From an uncultured Merdimonas sp. (lineage in GTDB: Bacteria > Bacillota > Clostridia > Lachnospirales > Lachnospiraceae): DNA of 64,000 bases. Below the pieces are notes generated by a model that was not told the origin of the DNA, made no database searches, and saw only the letters and a program-made list of their open reading frames with translations. Location: contig CALWGE010000003.1 in NCBI GenBank assembly GCA_944378225.1, positions 5,455 to 69,454 of the forward strand, written 5' to 3'. The position numbers and the translations under genes are program-made. Position 1 is the stretch's first letter, and each line of letters begins with the position of its first letter. Shown piece after piece: positions 61,233 to 64,000 of this stretch.

Positions 61233-62702
61233 ATGCTGTATGTAGGAATTGATTTGGGAACTTCTGCGGTAAAGCTGCTTCTGATGGACGGAGCCGGAAA
61301 GATACAGAAAATTGTGTCGAAAGAATATCCGCTGTATTTTCCCAACCCCGGATGGTCGGAGCAGAATCCGGAGGACTGGTATAACCAGAGCATGGAAGGT
61401 TTAAAGGAGCTTCTTTCAGACTGCGACAAATCTCAGGTGGCAGGAATCGGTTTCGGCGGTCAGATGCATGGCCTGGTAATTCTGGATAAAGAGGATCAGG
61501 TAATTCGTCCGGCGATCCTGTGGAACGACGGACGTACCGGAGAAGAGACAGACTATCTGAATGAAGTGGTTGGAAAGGAGAAACTGTCAGCCTGGACTGC
61601 AAATATTGCTTTTGCCGGATTTACGGCTCCGAAGATTCTCTGGGTAAAAAAGCATGAACCTGAAAACTTTGCAAAGATCGAGAAAATCATGCTGCCGAAG
61701 GACTATCTGGCGTACCGCCTGAGCGGAACCTTCTGCACAGATGTATCCGACGCTTCCGGCATGCTGCTTTTTGACGTGGAGCATAAATGCTGGTCAAAGG
61801 AAATGATGGAGATCTGCGGTGTGGAAGAAAGACAGATGCCGGAAATCTTTGAAAGCTATGAGGCGGTGGGAACCCTGAAACCGGAGCTTGCCCAGGAACT
61901 GGGACTTCCGCCGGAGGTGAAAATTGCGGCTGGTGCGGGGGATAACGCGGCAGCCGCCGTAGGAACGGGAACAGTCGGAGACGGAGCCTGCAACATTTCT
62001 CTGGGAACGTCAGGAACCATCTTTATTTCCAGCGAAAATTTTGGAGTGGATGAGCACAACGCCCTTCATTCTTTTGCCCACGCAGATGGACATTACCATC
62101 TGATGGGGTGTATGCTGAGCGCAGCTTCCTGCAATAAATGGTGGATGGATGAAATACTGCGCACCGGAGATTACTCCGGGGAGCAGAAGGATATACGGAT
62201 GGATGAGCTTGGGAAGAATCCGGTATTTTTCCTGCCTTATCTGATGGGAGAGCGCAGTCCTCACAATGATCCCAATGTGCGCGGAACTTTTATCGGTATG
62301 AGTATGGATACCACCAGGGAGCAGATGACGCAGGCGGTGCTGGAAGGCGTTATCTTCGGTCTCCGGGACTCTTTTGAGGTGGCAAAATCGCTTGGAATCC
62401 GGATCAGCCGGACGAAAATATGCGGAGGCGGAGCAAAAAGTCCCCTGTGGCGTCAGATGACAGCTGATATCCTGAATATTAAGGTGGATATTCCCGAGAG
62501 CGAGGAAGGACCCGCCATGGGAGGGGCCATGCTGGCGGCTGTAGCCTGCGGGGAGTATTCCAGTGTTGAGGAGGCTGCCGCGCGGATTGTAAAAGTTGTG
62601 GATACGGTAGAGCCTGTTCCGGAAAACGCTGCCCGCTATGAGGAGAAGTATCGGAAGTTCCGGAAGATTTATCCGGCAGTAAAAGAACTGTTTCCGATGT
62701 AA
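61233..62702 (+). CDS. xylB: Xylulokinase
   Basis: 489 aa. Motifs 'YVGIDLGTSAVK', 'GFGGQMHG', 'ILWNDGR', 'FTAPKILWV', 'LPKDYL', 'GAGDNAAAAVG' and 'PYL.GERSPH'. Confidence 0.88.
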   Translation: MLYVGIDLGTSAVKLLLMDGAGKIQKIVSKEYPLYFPNPGWSEQNPEDWYNQSMEGLKELLSDCDKSQVAGIGFGGQMHGLVILDKEDQVIRPAILWNDGRTGEETDYLNEVVGKEKLSAWTANIAFAGFTAPKILWVKKHEPENFAKIEKIMLPKDYLAYRLSGTFCTDVSDASGMLLFDVEHKCWSKEMMEICGVEERQMPEIFESYEAVGTLKPELAQELGLPPEVKIAAGAGDNAAAAVGTGTVGDGACNISLGTSGTIFISSENFGVDEHNALHSFAHADGHYHLMGCMLSAASCNKWWMDEILRTGDYSGEQKDIRMDELGKNPVFFLPYLMGERSPHNDPNVRGTFIGMSMDTTREQMTQAVLEGVIFGLRDSFEVAKSLGIRISRTKICGGGAKSPLWRQMTADILNIKVDIPESEEGPAMGGAMLAAVACGEYSSVEEAAARIVKVVDTVEPVPENAARYEEKYRKFRKIYPAVKELFPM

Positions 62703-62736
62703 GGGAAGCAAAGGCGTTTTGAATCGGGAAAGAACT

Positions 62737-62765
62737 GTATAATTTTGGATTTACAGGCCATACTC
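62737..62765 (+). promoter_or_regulatory. Possible forespore (sigma-G/F-type) promoter upstream of the SASP gene
   Basis: GTATA (62737-62741), a 17-nt spacer, then CATACTC (62759-62765). Compare my remembered consensus G-H-A-T-R ... CAT-x-H-TA. Weak match by eye only. Confidence 0.3.
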
Positions 62766-62828
62766 CTTTTAGCATGAGTTTCTCTGCCTGAGAGGCAGGG
62801 AGAATTGCGGAAAGGGGTATGGTTTTTT

Positions 62829-63065
62829 ATGGCAAAAAAGAAGATGACAGATTTAGCAAAACTGGAGCCGGAGGAACAGCTTAAATATGAAATTGCAGAG
62901 GAACTGGGACTGCTGGATAAAGTGATGTCTGAAGGATGGAAAGCTCTGTCTGCAAAAGAAACAGGACGTATCGGGGGATTGATGACGAAGAAAAAGAAGG
63001 AAATGAAAGAAAAACTTCAAAAAGAAGCCGAGGAACAGGAGAAACTGATGGAAGAACTGTTGTAA
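62829..63065 (+). CDS. Alpha/beta-type small acid-soluble spore protein (SASP)-like
   Basis: 78 aa from ATG 62829. 'LKYEIAEELGL' and 'TGRIGGLMTKK' match the two conserved SASP blocks. Unusual K/E-rich C-terminal extension. Confidence 0.65.
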   Translation: MAKKKMTDLAKLEPEEQLKYEIAEELGLLDKVMSEGWKALSAKETGRIGGLMTKKKKEMKEKLQKEAEEQEKLMEELL

Positions 63066-63110
63066 ATCTGACTGCGGAAATGAGAAAGCTTTGTGATTCG
63101 GAAATTGTGA

Positions 63111-63139
63111 TTGTGTTCTTCGGAGCGGACTGTTATAAT
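63111..63139 (+). promoter_or_regulatory. Candidate promoter with extended -10 (TTGTGT-N17-TGtTATAAT) driving the riboswitch leader
   Basis: TATAAT at 63134-63139 preceded by TGT. A weak -35, TTGTGT, at 63111-63116. Confidence 0.4.
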
Positions 63140-63165
63140 AATTATAACTAAATGATACCGGCAGA

Positions 63166-63452
63166 GGATGACCCTAGAGACTTTCATCTGTGCGCAGCAT
63201 ATATTGCAAAATATGGCGCTGCAGACAGAGGAGGCGCCGAAGAAGCAAATGAGAGAGCTCATCATTCTCTCGTGGAAACTGACAGGCAGAAGGAAGGTTA
63301 TCCGACGGAACTCTGGAGAGAGCGGAACAATCAGGCAAGGCTGAGGGAAAATGCAGTTTCAGCCGGTTTACTCCGCCGCCTACGTGGCTATAACCAACTG
63401 GTAAAAGGACAGAGAGACAGATGCAGAAGGCGTCCGTCTCCCTGTCCTTTTT
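63166..63452 (+). promoter_or_regulatory. Tandem glycine riboswitch (two aptamers plus an expression-platform terminator), ON-switch architecture
   Basis: Aptamer 1: P1 pairs GGAUGACC (63166-63173) with GGUUAUCC (63296-63303). Its core reads 'CUAGAGAC', 'GGCGCCGAAGAAGCAA' and 'CAGGCAGAAGGAA'. Aptamer 2: 'ACUCUGGAGAG' (63311-) ... 'CUGGUAAAAGGACAGAG' (-63414). The 3' strand of P1 in aptamer 2 is also the 5' arm of the terminator, as in the B. subtilis gcvT leader as I remember it. Confidence 0.7.
63406..63452 (+). terminator. Riboswitch-controlled intrinsic terminator
   Basis: AGGACAGAGAGAC (63406-63418) pairs with GTCTCCCTGTCCT (63436-63448) with one mismatch. A TTTTT run follows, ending 30 nt before the next ATG. 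Confidence 0.75.
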
Positions 63453-63482
63453 AGTTCAGAAAAGGAAAGGAGAGATTAAAAT

Positions 63483-64000
63483 ATGAGAATGATGCTGGTC
63501 GGCGCAGGAGCTGTGGGAGAATGTATTCTGAAAGTATTGAAAAAAAGGGACAGAGAGGGAGAATGGCTTTCTTTTGTGCTGATCTCCGATTATGACGGAG
63601 CACGGGCAGAAGAGGTGAGAAAGCATGTAACAGAAGAGGGAGCAGAAGGAATAAAGTTTGCTTCCGTACAGGCAGATGCTCATGACAGAGAAAAGCTGAC
63701 AGAATTGATGAGGCAATATGAAATAGATTTTGTCATGGACGCAGCATCGCCATTTGTCAGCAATTATATTTTTGACGCTGCCTATGAAGCAGGGGCTGAT
63801 TATGCAAGTATGGGCACCTGGTCTGTACCAAAGGAGAATCCCGCATTTGGCACAGGATTTGAAGGAAGCTATCTGGAACCTATGACAAAATATAATTTTG
63901 ATCGGCATGAGGCATGGAAGGCCAGAGGGCAGATGGCATGTATCTGTCTTGGGATTGATCCAGGAGTGGTCAATGTTTTTGCAAAATATGCAGCGGAATA
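63483..64000 (+). CDS. Saccharopine dehydrogenase-family NAD(P)-binding protein (3'-truncated by the window end)
   Basis: ATG 63483 sits behind AAAGGAAAGGAGAG. Rossmann N-terminus 'MRMMLVGAGAVGECILKVL', then 'DFVMDAASPFVSNYIFDAAYEAGADY' and 'GIDPGVVNVF'. Absent from the ORF track because it has no stop inside the window. Confidence 0.7.
   Translation, partial: MRMMLVGAGAVGECILKVLKKRDREGEWLSFVLISDYDGARAEEVRKHVTEEGAEGIKFASVQADAHDREKLTELMRQYEIDFVMDAASPFVSNYIFDAAYEAGADYASMGTWSVPKENPAFGTGFEGSYLEPMTKYNFDRHEAWKARGQMACICLGIDPGVVNVFAKYAAE

Noticed and set aside
63166-63452. Alternative readings of the leader as a lysine (L-box) riboswitch, tempting because the downstream gene is saccharopine-dehydrogenase-like, or as a T-box.
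   Set aside because: 'GGCGCCGAAGAAGCAA' at first resembled the L-box 'GUCGCCGAAGC'. However, the leader lacks the 'AGAGGUGC' 5' start and the five-helix layout of the L-box. The paired 'CU(A/G)GAGA(C/G) ... CAGG/CUGG-(C/U)A-(G/A)AAGGA' cores, repeated twice, fit the glycine class. I found no T-box 'GGGUGGUACCGCG' element.
63152-63908. ORFs 63152-63454 (+, 100 aa) and 63456-63908 (-, 150 aa).
   Set aside because: The first coincides exactly with the riboswitch aptamers and terminator, and gives an R/E/A-rich translation. The second is antisense to the saccharopine-dehydrogenase-family gene, which has a strong RBS and a Rossmann motif.
1-64000. Scanned for CRISPR arrays, rRNA/tRNA genes, IS elements, prophage or defence-system genes (nucleases, helicases, methyltransferases, toxin-antitoxin pairs).
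   Set aside because: I found none by eye. There are no regularly spaced direct repeats, no cloverleaf-like segments in the short intergenic gaps, and every ORF longer than 100 aa with an RBS is accounted for by envelope-glycan or housekeeping functions. A tRNAscan / Infernal / PADLOC-type search would be needed to exclude small elements formally.

Overview
Chromosomal window from a Firmicute. A spore-forming Clostridia/Lachnospiraceae-like origin is my inference from gene content (SASP, hpf-secA, PyrK/PyrD-1B, LCP ligase, SigV/RsiV-like pair). The window is densely coding and almost entirely on the + strand; only a feoA-feoB fusion is on the - strand. I saw no rRNA, tRNA, CRISPR array, transposase or integrase.

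Nt 1-33.5 kb is one large cell-envelope glycopolymer locus. It contains:
- four ordinary GT2 glycosyltransferases;
- two polyprenyl-phosphate sugar synthases (GtrB/ArnC-like);
- five large polytopic membrane proteins that look like GT-C-type extracytoplasmic transferases, three of them tandem paralogs;
- a WecE/WecD-like dTDP-4-amino-6-deoxyhexose pair;
- an SDR / split transketolase / carrier protein / adenylating ligase / LuxE / LuxC cassette behind its own near-consensus promoter;
- a ~0.9 kb AT-rich decayed spacer;
- an ArnC/ArnE/ArnF/GtrA-like lipid-linked sugar module;
- a CotH-CotH-VTC-DUF4956 cassette;
- the priming phosphoglycosyltransferase and an LCP ligase, followed by a clean intrinsic terminator.
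No Wzx/Wzy or ABC exporter is visible in this locus.

Nt 33.5-64 kb is housekeeping: hflX, pyrF-pyrK-pyrD-pyrE, VanZ, an M29-like aminopeptidase, purE-purM-purN-purD, a frameshifted ECF sigma gene with an RsiV-like anti-sigma and two lipoproteins, feoAB, an SH3b protein with a polyacidic tail, clpC, radA, an orphan His6-type hisA, hpf, secA, a CatA-like acetyltransferase with an altered catalytic motif, xylB, an alpha/beta SASP, and a tandem glycine riboswitch in front of a saccharopine-dehydrogenase-family gene that runs off the window.

The most interesting candidates for undescribed biology are the CotH/VTC/DUF4956 cassette, the triplicated membrane-protein family with a conserved N/A-DDV-x-MR loop motif, and the LuxCE/transketolase/carrier-protein cassette. 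All family calls are made by eye from motifs, with no database search, and need HMM confirmation.
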